Positions 12,801-26,133 of a DNA stretch of 64,000 nucleotides are shown piece after piece. The DNA comes from Octopus sinensis (lineage: Eukaryota): positions 6,448,001 through 6,512,000 of the forward strand of contig NC_043010.1 of assembly GCF_006345805.1 (NCBI RefSeq), read 5' to 3'. The position numbers and the translations under genes are program-made. Position 1 is the first letter of the stretch. Each line of letters opens with the position of its first letter. The notes below the pieces were generated by a model, which worked only from the letters and a program-made list of their open reading frames with translations, had not been told where the DNA came from and ran no database searches.

Positions 12801-14449
12801 TGAAGCCATGGGCTGGGAAGCAAACTTCATACACGCAGCTGTGCATACAACAATATTTGAGCAGTAAAGGAAACAAAATAAAAAACAAAAAAAAAATTTT
12901 AGGAGACATTCTGTGGGATTGAACCTGAAGCCATGGGGCTGGGAAGCAAACTTCATACCACACAGCTGTGCATACAACAATATTTGAGCAGTAAAGGAAA
13001 ACAAAATAAAAAAACAAAAAAAAAAATTAGGAGACATTCTGTGGGATTGAACCTGAAGCCATGGGGCTGGGAAGCAAACTTCATACCACACAGCTGTGCA
13101 TATAACAATATTTGAGCAGTAAAGAAAACAAAATAAAAAACAAAAAAAAATTTTAGGAGACATTCTGTGGGATTGAACCTGAAGCCATGGGGCTGGGAAG
13201 CAAACTTCATACCACGCAGCTGTGCATACAACAATATTTGAGCAGTAAAGGAAACAAAATAAAAAACAAAAAAAAATTTTAGGAGACATTCTGTGGGATT
13301 GAACCTGAAGCCATGGGGCTGGGAAGCAAACTTCATACCACGCAGCTGTGCATCAACAACAATATCTGAGCAGTAAAGGAAAACAAAATAAAAAAAAAAA
13401 AAAAAAAAAATTTAGGAGACATTCTGTGGGATTGAACCTGAAGCCATGGGGCTGGGAAGCAAACTTCATACCACGCAGCTGTGCATACAACAATATTTGA
13501 GCAGTAAAGGAAAACAAAATAAAAAAACAAAAAAAAAATTTTAGGAGACATTCTGTGGGATTGAACCTGAAGCCATGGGGCTGGGAAGCAAACTTCATAC
13601 CACGCAGCTGTGCATAAACAATATTTGAGCAGTAAAGAAAACAAAATAAAAAAACAAAAAAAAATATTAGGAGACATTCTGTGGGATTGAACCTGAAGCC
13701 ATGGGGCTGGGAAGCAAACTTCATACCACGCAGCTGTGCATACAACAATATTTGAGCAGTAAAGGAAAACAAAATAAAAAAACAAAAAAAAATTTTTAGG
13801 AGACATTCTGTGGGATTGAACCTGAAGCCATATGGCTGGGAAGCAAACTTCATACCACACAGCTGTGCATACAACAATATTTGAGCAGTAAAGGAAAACA
13901 AAATAAAAAAACAAAAAAAAAATTTTAGGAGACATTCTGTGGGATTGAACCTGAAGCCATGGGGCTGGGAAGCAAACTTCATACCACGCAGCTGTGCATA
14001 CAACAATATTTGAGCAGTAAAGGAAAACAAAATAAAAAACAAAAAAAAAATTTTAGGAGACATTCTGTGGGATTGAACCTGAAGCCATGGGGCTGGGAAG
14101 CAAACTTCATACCACGCAGCTGTGCATACAACAATATTTGAGCAGTAAAGGAAAACAAAATAAAAAAACAAAAAAAAAATTTTAGGAGACATTCTGTGGG
14201 ATTGAACCTGAAGCCATGGGGCTGGGAAGCAAACTTCATACCACACAGCTGTGCATACAACAATATTTGAGCAGTAAAGGAAAACAAAATAAAAAAACAA
14301 AAAAAAAATTTTAGGAGACATTCTGTGGGATTGAACCTGAAGCCATGGGGCTGGGAAGCAAACTTCATACCACGCAGCTGTGCATACAACAATATTTGAG
14401 CAGTAAAGGAAAACAAAATTAAAAAAAACAAAAAAAAAAACTTGAGACA
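6759..14449 (-). repeat. Satellite array of ~61 units of ~113-134 bp, made of a SINE head plus upstream flank
   Basis: Constant core gagacattctgtgggattgaacctgaagccatgkggctgggaagcaaacttcataccacacagctgtgcatacaacaatatttgagcagtaaaggaaaac followed by a variable A-rich tract; units counted by eye. Confidence 0.97.
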
Positions 14450-14841
14450 AGGTAGTTATGATTGCAATTCATTTCATAATATCTCTGTTCTATCGGGGTT
14501 GACTAGTAACGACCAACAACAGTAGCAATAACAACAATAACAACAACATCTCCAATAAACTACCTGAACAACAACAAAGTTGGTTTATTGAAAATACAAC
14601 TTTTAACTATACATAAAAGAAAAATTCAAAGCCAGATTCCAATAAAGATACTGTGTATATAAAGACAAGGAATTTACATCTGTCCATTACACAGATTGTC
14701 GGCTGGAATCTAAAAATCTCTGTAGCAGAGCAGAGCTAATATCTCTTTTTGTTTTTTTTCATGTCAGTTCTCTACAAAGCATTCACCTCGAATCTAGTGA
14801 CCCACAATTCTATCTAAGCAGACGTTTTGATTTCAGGTCTT

Positions 14842-15063
14842 TTTATCTGTTATTTGTTTCAGTTTTTGGACTGAAGGGTTTTTTAAGTCAAACAAATTGA
14901 CATTAGTACTTATTTTATTTTTTTTTTAATGTAATACTTATTCTGTTAGTCTCTATTACCAAACTGCGAAGTAACAAGGATGTAAACAAACCAGCACTGG
15001 TTGTCAAGCAATGGTGGCACACACACAAACACACACACATGCATGTATATGTGTGTGTGTGTG
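14842..15063 (-). mobile_element. SINE family A 3' half, degenerate
   Basis: tatttgtttcagt...tacttattct...gtaaacaaaccagcactggttgtcaagc. Confidence 0.7.
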
Positions 15064-15142
15064 TGTCTATATATAAATACACGAATACATGCACACATAC
15101 ACATATATAAGTATATATATACATTATATATATATATCTCTA

Positions 15143-15523
15143 TCTCTATATATATAAACGGCAGTTTGTCTGTGCGTGTTTCTGTGTGTCTGTTTTCTTG
15201 TACCCTCACCCTGACCACGGCTTTCAACCGATTCTGATGAAACTTGACACACACATAGCCCAATGTCATAATTCAAAACTAAAGCAGCGAAAATTTTGAA
15301 AAGTTCCCCCAGTTCTGAAAAAAATCGATAAATTCGACATGGGGTCGAGAATCAGAAACACAAACCGCAAACTGTCTAGGGGACGCAACTCCACCTTTTT
15401 TAACTAAAAAAAAATTACCATCATTTTTTTCCATTTTTTTGCTATTTTTTGGCTATAACTCTCTAAAAATGCTTTATAGTTATTTCCCTTACAAACCTGA
15501 GCAACGCCGGGCGATACTGCTAG
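15143..15523 (+). mobile_element. Non-autonomous Helitron
   Basis: A|TC start, subterminal hairpin-like cctgagcaacgccggg, CTAG|T end; 5' part shared with 2309 copy, 3' end shared with 60172 copy. Confidence 0.85.
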
Positions 15524-15532
15524 TATATATAT

Positions 15533-15963
15533 ACTCTCTTTTACTCTCTTTTATTTGTTTCAGTCATTTGACTGTGGCCATGCTGGAGCACCGCCTTTAG
15601 TCGAGCAAATCGACCCCGGGACTTATTCTTTGTAAGCCCAGTACTTATTCTATCGGTCTCTTTTGCCGAACCGCTAAGTGACGGGGACGTAAACACACCA
15701 GCATCGGTTGTCAAGCAATGCTAGGGGGACAAACACAGGCACACAAACACATACACACTAACATATATATATATATATATATATATTTATACATATATAC
15801 GACAGGCTTCTTTCAGTTTCCGTCTACCAAATCCACTCACAAGGCATTGGTCGGCCCGGGGCTATAGCAGAAGACACTTGCCCAAGGTGCCACGCAGTGG
15901 GACTGAACCCAGAACCATGTTGTTGGTTAGCAAGCTACTTACCACACAGCCACTCCTGCGCCT
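15533..15963 (-). mobile_element. SINE family A, full length
   Basis: Minus strand: ggcgcaggagtggctgtgtgg (A box)...gggttcagtccc (B box), central TA/TG microsatellite, (gtaaaaga)-type tail. Confidence 0.95.
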
Positions 15964-16104
15964 ATATATATATATATGACAAATAAAAGACAGAAGGTGG
16001 AATATACGAGAATATATTATTAATCACAGCAATTGTATTGACACATCCAGCATCGACTCCTCTTGTGGGACACGCAAAAACTGATACCATATTGGCCAGA
16101 TAAT

Positions 16105-16300
16105 TGGAGGTTATTGACAACACATCGCTGGTCACAATGCACTTCACATTGTTTTAGCCTTAGAATGATGTCAGCCCACTGGAAGGGTGAGCAGGCTAAT
16201 ATTCCCTCTGACTGGCAAACTATTCCATTGCAGGGTTACTCATTTACAGCTGAGTAAACTGGAGTGACGTGAAATGAAGTGTTTTGCTCAAGAATACATT
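16105..16300 (-). mobile_element. Degenerate SINE: family F core joined to the tail seen at 3730-3830
   Basis: actcatttacagctgagtaaactggag...aagtgttttgctcaagaa plus acacatcgctggtcacaatgcacttcacattgttttagcctt. Confidence 0.7.
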
Positions 16301-16409
16301 GAGCAAATATATTGCATTAAGGGCAACTGTCGTTTTCTGTAGCCTTGGGTTGATTCATAATTGGTGAGTAATTTATATATGTGAGTGTGTGTGTGTATGT
16401 GTGTGTGTG

Positions 16410-17001
16410 CACATATACATACATACATACATACATACATACATACATACATACATACATACATCATACATACATACATCATACATACATACATACATAC
16501 ATACATACATACATACATCATACATACATCATACATACATACATCATACATACATACATACATACATACATACATACATCATACATACATACATACATCA
16601 TACATACATACATACATACATACATCATACATACATACATCATACATACATACATACATCATACATACATACATACATACATACATACATACATACATAC
16701 ATCATACATACATACATACATCATACATACATACATACATACATAATACATACATACATACATACATACATACATACATACATCATACATACATACATAC
16801 ATCATACATACATACATCATACATACATACATACATACATCATACATACATACATACATACATACATACATACATCATACATACATACATACATCATACA
16901 TACATACATACATCATACATACATACATACATCATACATACATACATACATACATACATACATACATACATGCGTACATACATACATACATACATACATC
17001 A

Positions 17002-17035
<34 letters not shown>
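16410..17035. repeat. (CATA)n microsatellite with CAT interruptions
   Basis: Direct reading. Confidence 0.97.
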
Positions 17036-17036
<1 letters not shown>

Positions 17037-17329
17037 GTGTTTGCGTGTGTGTTTGTATGTATATATATTATATAAATTATATATGTTATATATACGAATT
17101 TAGAATAAAAATGTATATATGCAAATATATATATATGTATATATATGCATTTTTGTGGTGTGAGTATATATGTATATGTAAATATATATAGCAGTGATCT
17201 AAACAAATTCACAGATTCGATGATAAATAATTGATAAACACTGAAAAGAAAGAAGAGAAATGACAACAGCAATTTATTAATTATTATTATGCTATAATTA
17301 GCATCATTATTTCCCACTTTCTCTTTCTC

Positions 17330-17543
17330 TTCCTTCTCCTCATCATCATCATCATCATGACTATCACCATAATCATTATCAACACCGTCGTCCTCATCTT
17401 CATCATCTACCCTCTTCATCTTAGGGTTATTATAAATAGTGATTACAGCGATAATAATTATCGCAATTTTCACTTCTGATTCCTCTGCTGCTGCTGCTGT
17501 TGCAATTATCATTACCACCACCTCCACCACAACCACCACTAGC

Positions 17544-17574
<31 letters not shown>

Positions 17575-17593
17575 CCACTATCACTACCATCAC

Positions 17594-17628
<35 letters not shown>

Positions 17629-17905
17629 CCACTATCACCATCACCATCATCATCGTCATCTCCACCATCGTCATCATCATCATCATCATCATCATTAACA
17701 GCAGCAGCAGCAGCAGCAGTAGCTGCATGAAGCTCATAATCATGATTACCATTCCACAAAGACCACCAACACCAACATCAACACCACAATTCATCATGCT
17801 TATATCATCACCATCACTACCGCCATCATCAGGATTATCACCACCACCACCACCACCACCACCACCACTACCACAACCACCACCATCTTTCTTCTCTTCT
17901 TTGGT

Positions 17906-17936
<31 letters not shown>

Positions 17937-18005
17937 GTCTTGCTGCAAGTTTAGCTATTGCTGTTGTTGTTGTTGTTATTGTTGTTCCCGTTCTGGTTGT
18001 TGCTG
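17330..18005. repeat. Compound trinucleotide low-complexity tract (CAT/CAC/CAG/TTG)
   Basis: Direct reading. Confidence 0.85.
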
Positions 18006-18119
18006 AAGAACAAATCATTTTCAAAAGAAATTTTGCAGAGATAAAGAACGAGAGAGATTGGAAAAGATAATTATTATCAAGCAAACAAACACCCACATAT
18101 TCAACACACACATATATAC

Positions 18120-18150
<31 letters not shown>

Positions 18151-18307
18151 AGCAACACAGATATAATAGCAGAAATGCAAACAACACCAAACTAAACAAA
18201 CAAAAGGGGATGTGAAAGTTAATGATTAAGAAGAAAGGATTGTTGAAAACAGAGGAAGGACTTCAGAAATGCAACAAGAAGAAGAAGAAGAAGAGAAACA
18301 GGAACAA

Positions 18308-18525
18308 GAATAATAATAATAATAATAATAATAGTAATAATAATAATGATAATAATATAGTAATAATAATAATGATAATAATAATAGTAATAATAATAAC
18401 AATAACAATAATAATAATAATAATAATAATAATAGTAATAGTAATAATAATAATAATAATAATGATAATATTTATAATAATAATAGTAATAATAATGATA
18501 ATAATAATAATATAATATAATAATA

Positions 18526-18566
<41 letters not shown>

Positions 18567-18718
18567 GTAATAATAATATAATAATAATAATAATGATAAT
18601 ATTTATAATAATAATAGTAATAATAATGATAATAATATAATAATAATGATAATAATAATAATAATAATAATAGTAATAATAATGATAATGATAATCATAA
18701 TAATAATAATAATAATGA

Positions 18719-18749
<31 letters not shown>

Positions 18750-19060
18750 GTAATAATAATAAAAAATAATAATGGTAATAATAATAATAATAATAATGAT
18801 AATAATAATAAAAAATAAAATGATAATAATAATAATAATAATAATGATAATAATAGTAATAATAATAAAAATAATAATGATAATAATAATAATAATAATA
18901 ATGATAATAATAAAAATAATAATATAATAATAATAATAATAATAATAATATAATAATAATAATAGTAATAATAATAAAAATAATAATGATAATAATAATA
19001 ATAATAATAATAGTAATAATAATAAAAATAATAATGATAATAATAATAATAATAATAATG

Positions 19061-19127
<67 letters not shown>

Positions 19128-19207
19128 TAATAATGATAATAATAATAATAATAATAATAGTAATAATAATAAAAATAATAATGATAATAATAATAATAAT
19201 AATAATG

Positions 19208-19255
<48 letters not shown>

Positions 19256-19343
19256 GTAATAGTAATAATAATAATAATAACAATAATAATAATAATAATA
19301 ATAATAATAGTAATAATAATAATAATAATGATAATAATAATAA
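18308..19343. repeat. ~1 kb (TAA)n microsatellite
   Basis: Direct reading. Confidence 0.97.
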
Positions 19344-19847
19344 GACAAAAATGTTAATATAAATAAAAATGAACAAAGCATTGTTTTGAATAAAAGTGAA
19401 AAGAGAATGGAAAATTAATGACGAAAAATAAATTATTAACGACAGAATTGCAAAATAGGAAGCAGAAAAAACAAACAAAAAAAGAAGATGTTTGTGATCT
19501 TGAAATAAAGAACTTATTGTTTGAAAGAAAGAAATGGAGTGTGTTTGGGTGTCCAAGAGATGAAGAATTTCAAATGTCACCAGTGAAAGAAGGAGTTTTT
19601 GGAAGATCAGTGAAGTACACAATATGAACTGATTGGTAAATGATGCAGTGTTTGGCGCGAGGAAGGAAAAAGCGGAGGAATTTTGTAGAAGAGAAAGAAA
19701 TTGGATGACTAAGAAGAAGGCTACAAGAATTTGCTTGTCAAAACTGACTGGACTAATTGGAGAATTATACCAAAGATAAATACTTGTTTTCTCAAAGAAT
19801 GTTACAAGGAATATATATATATATATTATATACATATATATTTTGTT

Positions 19848-20054
19848 TTCTCTTTTATTCCTCTTTTACTTGTTTCAGTCATTTAACTGCGGCCATGCTG
19901 GAGCACTGCCTTTAATCGAGCAAATCGACCCCGGAACTTATTCTTTTGTGAGCCCAATACTTATTCTATCGGTCTCTTTTGCCAAACCGCTAAGTAACGG
20001 GGACATAAACACACCAGCATCGGTTGTCAAGCAATGCTAGGGGGACAAATACAG

Positions 20055-20108
<54 letters not shown>

Positions 20109-20270
20109 GACAGGCTTTTTTCAGTTTCCGTCTACCAAATCCACTCACAAGGCATTGGTCGGCCCGGGGCTATAGCAGAAGACACTTGCCCAAGATGCCA
20201 CGCAGTGGGACTGGACCTGGAACCATGTGGTTGGTTAGCAAGCTACTTACCACACAGCCACTCCTGTGCC
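19848..20270 (-). mobile_element. SINE family A, full length
   Basis: Colinear with 15533-15963. Confidence 0.95.
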
Positions 20271-20849
20271 CATATATATACACATACATACATACATATA
20301 CGCATATATATATATATATGTATATATTACCCAGTATTGGGGGTGGTTATCATCTATGTTGTAATCCATTGAAATTTAGCCTTACTAGCAGTTGAAGTAG
20401 TAGTATTAGCAGTAGTAATAGCTGTAGTAGTAAGTGGTCTTGTTAGTAGTTGGAGTAATAAATGGGTGGTAGTGATGGTGGTTGTGTTGTTGTTGTTATT
20501 GTCGTTGTTGTTGTTGGTGGTGGTGGTTGTAGGAGGAGTATGGGGAGAAGATATTAAACACATTAAATAATGATTAGCAGATTATGCTATGTATGTGTGT
20601 GTATGTGTGTGTATGTGTGTATGTGTGTATGTGTGTGTGTGTGTGTGTGTGAGGCAAGAAATCAAAAAACAATATCAACTGAAAACAAAATGTAAAAATA
20701 TAAAACAAATATCTGCGGAAATGCAAAGTAAAGCTTTAACACTGATTAACAATATGATCATTTATTAATTTATTATGCATGATTTATTGGTGTATGCCAT
20801 GCTGTGCATGTATCAATATGCACATACATACATATATATATGAATGTAC

Positions 20850-20881
<32 letters not shown>

Positions 20882-20987
20882 GTATGTGTATATATCTCTA
20901 TATCTCTATATCTTTCATAGTAACACATTTTCGTTTAAATATATATATATTTATATATTTATATATATATATAAATATATATATACA

Positions 20988-21520
20988 AAACTCTACTTGT
21001 GAAGACGTGTTGAGGCAAGTGAGGATCAGAATCGAAATCGATCAATGGAAATTGCGGATGTGCTACCAGTGCCGGTGGCATGTCGAAACTCTGCTTGTGA
21101 AGACCCATTGAGGCAAGTGAGGATCAGAATCGAAATCGATCAATGGAAATCGATCAATGGAAATTGCAGATGTGTTACCAGTGCCGGTGGCATGTAACAG
21201 AACTTTCCGTTTCGCGACCGTTGCCAGCACCGCCCCGTTTCGTGTCCGTTGCCAGCCTCGCCTGGCCCTCGTGCCGGTGGCACATAAAAAGCACCATCTG
21301 ATCGTGGCCGTTTGCCAGCTCTGTCTGGCACCAGTGCGGGTGGCACGTAAAAAGCACCCACTACACTCACGGAGTGGTTGGCGTTAGGAAGGGCATCCAG
21401 CCGTAGAAACACTGCCAGATTTGACTGGGCCTGATGAAGCCTTCTGGCTTCACAGACCCCAGTAGAACCGTCCAACCCATGCTAGCATGGAAAACGGACG
21501 CTAAATTATGATGATGATGA
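20988..21520 (+). mobile_element. Retroposon family D, ending in (GAT)n
   Basis: Internal repeats gtgccggtggcacgtaaaaagcacc, core ggttggcgttaggaagggcatccagc, tail gctagcatggaaaacggacgctaaa-(tga)n; ~95-bp duplication at the 5' end. Confidence 0.85.
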
Positions 21521-21825
21521 TACAGATATAGGTATATGCATGCACAAGCATACATAAATAAGTACATTTATATACACTCATATAATGATAGTGGTTTCTG
21601 CTTTAGACACAAGGTCAAAGATATATGAGGTGGGGACTCAGTCAATTTAACAAATCCCACCACCTTACTGTAACTTTATTTATCAGTCCTCTAAAAATGA
21701 CAGGAAAAGTTGACTTCAGCAACATTTGAATGTAAGAATATAAAGAATCAGACCAAATACAAATTATTTTGTGTAACACCAAAGCATTTCTGATAACCCA
21801 CCACCACAATTGCCACCATCATAAT

Positions 21826-22190
21826 AACTCTGAGCACCTTTTCAAACTCCACCCGTCTAACACCCGTGGACATATTTACAAAGTCAGAAAACAGCACAGC
21901 TCCCATGACTTTAGGAAACATTTTTTCACGCTGAGAGTTGCTGAAGCATGGAACAAACTGCCGGCATCGGTTGTTAGTTGTCGGAGCACTGCATCCTTCA
22001 AAACTTCCATGCTTTCTGAGATTCGCCAACACTACACCTGATTTTCTCCCCTCCATACACACACAAGCATGTATCTGACTCATACACTGTTCGCTTTCCA
22101 GACATTTGTACATTACAGCATATACTTTATATGCACTTTCTGACAAGTTGTGGTGCACCTGAGCACTGTATACAATAATTTCATTATTAT
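21826..22190 (+). mobile_element. CR1-type LINE 3' end (5'-truncated)
   Basis: ORF 21769..22041 tail SEHLFKLHPSNTRGH...WNKLP...HYT*; (att)n end; possible TSD catcataat. Confidence 0.9.
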
Positions 22191-22463
22191 ATATTATTAT
22201 AATAATCATCATAATGGTTTCAAATTTTGGTTAAGAGCCAACAACTTAGGGAAGTGGACCAATTTGAGACCCTAGTTTATCAACTCAAAAGGATGAAAGG
22301 CAAAGCTGATTCCAGCAGAATTTGAACTCAGGATGTGAAGAGCTGGAAAAAAATAGCACTAAGATTATTAATTGACCCAACTTGCTTATGATTTTGTCAG
22401 CTTGCTATCTTCAGAATGATGACATTTTTTTATGAAGGCAGTGAACTGAAAGAATTGTTAGCA

Positions 22464-22872
22464 GGCGCAGGAGTGGCTGTGTGGTAAGTAGCTTGCTAAC
22501 CAACCACATGGTTCCGGGTTTAGTCGTGGCATCTTGGGCAAGTGTCTTCTGCTATAGCCCCGGGCTGACCAATGCCTTGTGAGTGGATTTGGTAGACAGA
22601 AACTGAAAGAAGCCTGTCGTATATATGTATATATATATATATATAAGTGTGTGTGTATATGTTTGTGTGTCTGTGTTTGTCCCCCTAGCATTGCTTGACA
22701 ACCGATGCTGGTGTGTTTACGTCCCCATCACTTAGCGGTTCGGCAAAAGAGACTGATAGAATAAGTACTGGGCTTACAAAGAATAAGTCCCGGGGTCGAT
22801 TTACTCGACTAAAGGCGGTACTCCAGCATGGCCGCAGTCAAATGACTGAAACAAGTAAAAGAGTAAAAGAGT
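22464..22872 (+). mobile_element. SINE family A, near full length (small deletion after the B box)
   Basis: Colinear with other copies; sits inside an older family C copy (~22435-22462 and ~22890-23045). Confidence 0.93.
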
Positions 22873-24100
22873 ATACCGAACTAAATGATTTTGGTTCTTT
22901 GTGTTCTGAGTTCAAACATCACCAGGGTCAGCTTTGCCTTTCAACCTTTCAGGGTCCATGAAATAAGTACCCATTGCGCAGTGGAATCGATGTAATTGAC
23001 TGGTACCCTCCCCGCAAATTTTAGGCCTTCTGCCCACAGTAGAAAGCATATTTTTCTACTATAGGTGCAAGGCCTAAAAATGGTTTGTTGGGTTGGGGTT
23101 AGACTATTATAGTGACCCCAGTGTTAAGCTGGTACTTATTATATGGAACCAAAAAAGATGAAAAGTAAAGTCAACTTAAACAGATTTTGAACTCAGAACA
23201 TAAAAAGCCAGAAGAAATGTTGCTAAGCATTTTGTTTAGATTGGTAACGGTTCTGCCAACCTTGCTGCCTTCATAACAAAAATAATAATAATTCCATATT
23301 GTAATGAATGTATTAATGTATTATCAACAGCATCAGAATTGTAATTGTTTCCCATTTATTTTCATTAACAAGTGCAGTTGCAAAATGCATAACATTAGCA
23401 TAAAGTGGATTAATTCTCATTGCTATTTAAAGTTAAGGAAATAATCTGAATTCTATTTGCTGGAATTATACAACCAGATGTCCTTCATAATGTCAATCAC
23501 AAACTGGGGGCAGCATCTTAATTTATTTAAGTATACAGGGCATGCACCTCAATGTTCCTTTTTCGAAGGACAGCTAATTTAAAAATTTGTAAAAGGATTT
23601 CAACTCATAGCCGATAGGTCAGCAGACAAAGATATTGACCACTCAGCCAGTATATACCACAACAGTATGATATTACTTATTCTTACCACTGGCTATTATA
23701 CTGCACATTGGTGTCATTTCCAGAGTTGACAGCTTAGAAAAATGACACGTTAATAATAAATGAATCCATTTAGCTCACACTGTGAATGAATTTCTTACCT
23801 TCAACTATTACATACAGCAGTCTCTGCATGGCAACCAGACAACCATTTAAATTTCTAGTTAGGAAATGTATTGAAACTCGTGTTATGTCACTAGGAAAGA
23901 TGTTAATCTTATCGCTATAAGGGAAAAGTAGATCAATGTCCTGTGTATGACAAAATTACTTAATGGAATGTTCACAGTGTGAGGAATACACACTTTTCAA
24001 CATGTGCAAAACAAAATAAGGAATCTAAAGACTTAATCTGTATCCAACACCTTCCTATCACCTTTGAGTCTCTTACCTAAACTTGCACGATTCTTATTTC

Positions 24101-24113
24101 AATAATAATAATG

Positions 24114-24198
<85 letters not shown>

Positions 24199-24272
24199 TA
24201 ATAATTGTTATTATTATTATTATCCTTATTATTATTATTATTATTGTTGTTGTTGTTGTTGTTGTTGTTATT
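24101..24272. repeat. (AAT)n directly followed by (TTA/TTG)n
   Basis: Direct reading. Confidence 0.9.
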
Positions 24273-24274
24273 AG

Positions 24275-26092
24275 TATTTTCTATTAATTCCGTTTCCATT
24301 TCTAGCCAAGTGTCTTCCCGACACCTAGGGCAGAGAAACATACTGTTATACATTGGTAGGTCATTCAAATAAACACACCAGATTGCTCATTTACAAAGTC
24401 ATGTGACAGAGAAAAAGAGGAAGACAGAGAAAAAGGAAAAAAAGGAAAAATAAATAGGGTAACAAATAAAATAAAGGGGGTGAAAAAGGAAAGAAAATTC
24501 ACAGTGACAATGCTCTTCTCAATACATGTCACATACCAGTTAAGACAATCTTTTGCACTTCCTACATGGATGGTAAGCTAGGTATCATTCTTAAATAATT
24601 TTCAGTTGCTTTCTTGATCATTCTAAGTGCTCCTACAATCATTCTTAAATAATTTTCAGTTGCTTTCTTGATCATTCCAAGTGCTCCTACAATCATTCTT
24701 AAATAATTTTCAGTTGCTTTCTTGATCATTCCAAGTGCTCCTACAATCATTCTTAAATAATCTTCAGTTGCTTTCTTGATCATTCCAAGTGCTCCTACAA
24801 TCATTCTTAAATAATCTTCAGTTGCTTTCTTGATCATTCCAAATGCTCCTACAATCATTCTTAAATAATTTTCAGTTGCTTTCTTGATCATTCCAAGTGC
24901 TCCTACAATCATTCTTAAATCATTTTCAGTTGCTTTCTTGATCATTCCAAGTGCTCCTACAATCATTCTTAAATCATTTTCAGTTGCTTTCTTGATCATT
25001 CCAAGTGCTCCTACAATCATTCTTAAATAATCTTCAGTTGCTTTCTTGATCATTCCAAATGCTCCTACAATCATTCTTAAATAATCTTCAGTTGCTTTCT
25101 TGATCATTCTAAGTGCTCCTACAATCATTCTTAAATAATTTTCAGTTGCTTTCTTGATCATTCCAAGTGCTCCTACAATCATTCTTAAATAATCTTCAGT
25201 TGCTTTCTTGATCATTCCAAGTGCTCCTACAATCATTCTTAAATAATCTTCAGTTGCTTTCTTGATCATTCCAAGTGCTCCTACAATCATTCTTAAATAA
25301 TCTTCAGTTGCTTTCTTGATCATTCCAAGTGCTCCTACAATCATTCTTAATAATCTTCAGTGCTTTCTTGATCATTCCAAATGCTCCTACAATCATTCTT
25401 AAATAATTTTCAGTTGCTTTCTTGATCATTCCAAGTGCTCCTACAATCATTCTTAAATCATTTTCAGTTGCTTTCTTGATCATTCCAAGTGCTCGTACAA
25501 TCATTCTTAAATAATTATCAGTTCCTTTTTTTTATCATTCCAAGTGCTCCTACAATCACTGGTATTGTAATCGTCTTGTGATGCCACATCTTTTTGATTT
25601 TGATTAGAAAATCTTTATATTTTCTGAGCTTATCGAATTCTTTTGCCAAGATATTATGGTCACAAGGTATGCTCTTGTCAATCAATAAACAGACTTTATT
25701 GTTTTTGTCTTTCATAACAATATCTGGTTTATTTGCTTTGATGGTCCATTCTGTACATATTGGAAAGTCCCAATGAATGGTTATATTTTCTCCCTCTGTT
25801 ACAGCTTCAGAGTGATTCTTGTGCCATTTGTCAGCAGTTTTGATATTATAATGCTGACGTTATCCGATGTAGATATTGGCCAACTCTGTCATATCTTGAT
25901 TTGTACTCTACATGTGCTAAAACCTTACATCCAGAGATTAGGTAGTCTGCTGTTTCTATCCCATCATTGCAGTATTGGCACTTTAGGTCTACACCATTTT
26001 TCATCACATTGGCTTGATAGTTCCGAGTCAAAAATCTCTGATCTTGAGCAGCCAAGGTAAAGCCTTCTCTCTCTGCCTTTAACCCAGTGCTG
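24275..26092 (-). mobile_element. R4/Dong-type (RLE) non-LTR retrotransposon 3' fragment, degenerate
   Basis: AAQDQ..TRNY, zinc knuckle C-x2-C..ETADYLISGC (His lost), WDF...NKPDIV...LID.SIP (PD..D nuclease), K..KYKD, IPVIVGALG, EVQKIVLTG..HVLRRALS; flanked by (TAA)n. Confidence 0.9.
24584..25557 (-). repeat. 54-bp tandem array, ~18 copies, inside the LINE ORF
   Basis: Unit tcattcttaaataattttcagttgctttcttgatcattccaagtgctcctacaa = 18 aa MIVGALGMIKKATE(D/N)YLR on the minus strand. Confidence 0.97.
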
Positions 26093-26133
26093 TGTATTAT
26101 TATTATATTATTATTATTATTATTATTATTATT

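Noticed and set aside
6759-14449. CRISPR-like look (constant repeat with variable spacers)
   Set aside because: The constant part is ~100 bp and SINE-derived, the variable parts are slippage variants of one A-rich tract, there are no cas genes and the context is eukaryotic.
6759-14449. True tRNA gene cluster, or the many ORFs in the array
   Set aside because: No convincing acceptor or anticodon stems; ORFs change frame with A-tract length, so there is no coding constraint.
16381-19835. Long ORFs of 228-410 aa (HTYI, poly-I/L/Y)
   Set aside because: Translations of (CATA)n and (TAA)n microsatellites.
24101-24272. (AAT)n/(ATT)n inverted arrangement that could form a hairpin
   Set aside because: Explained by the LINE's TAA tail or target abutting an opposite-strand microsatellite.
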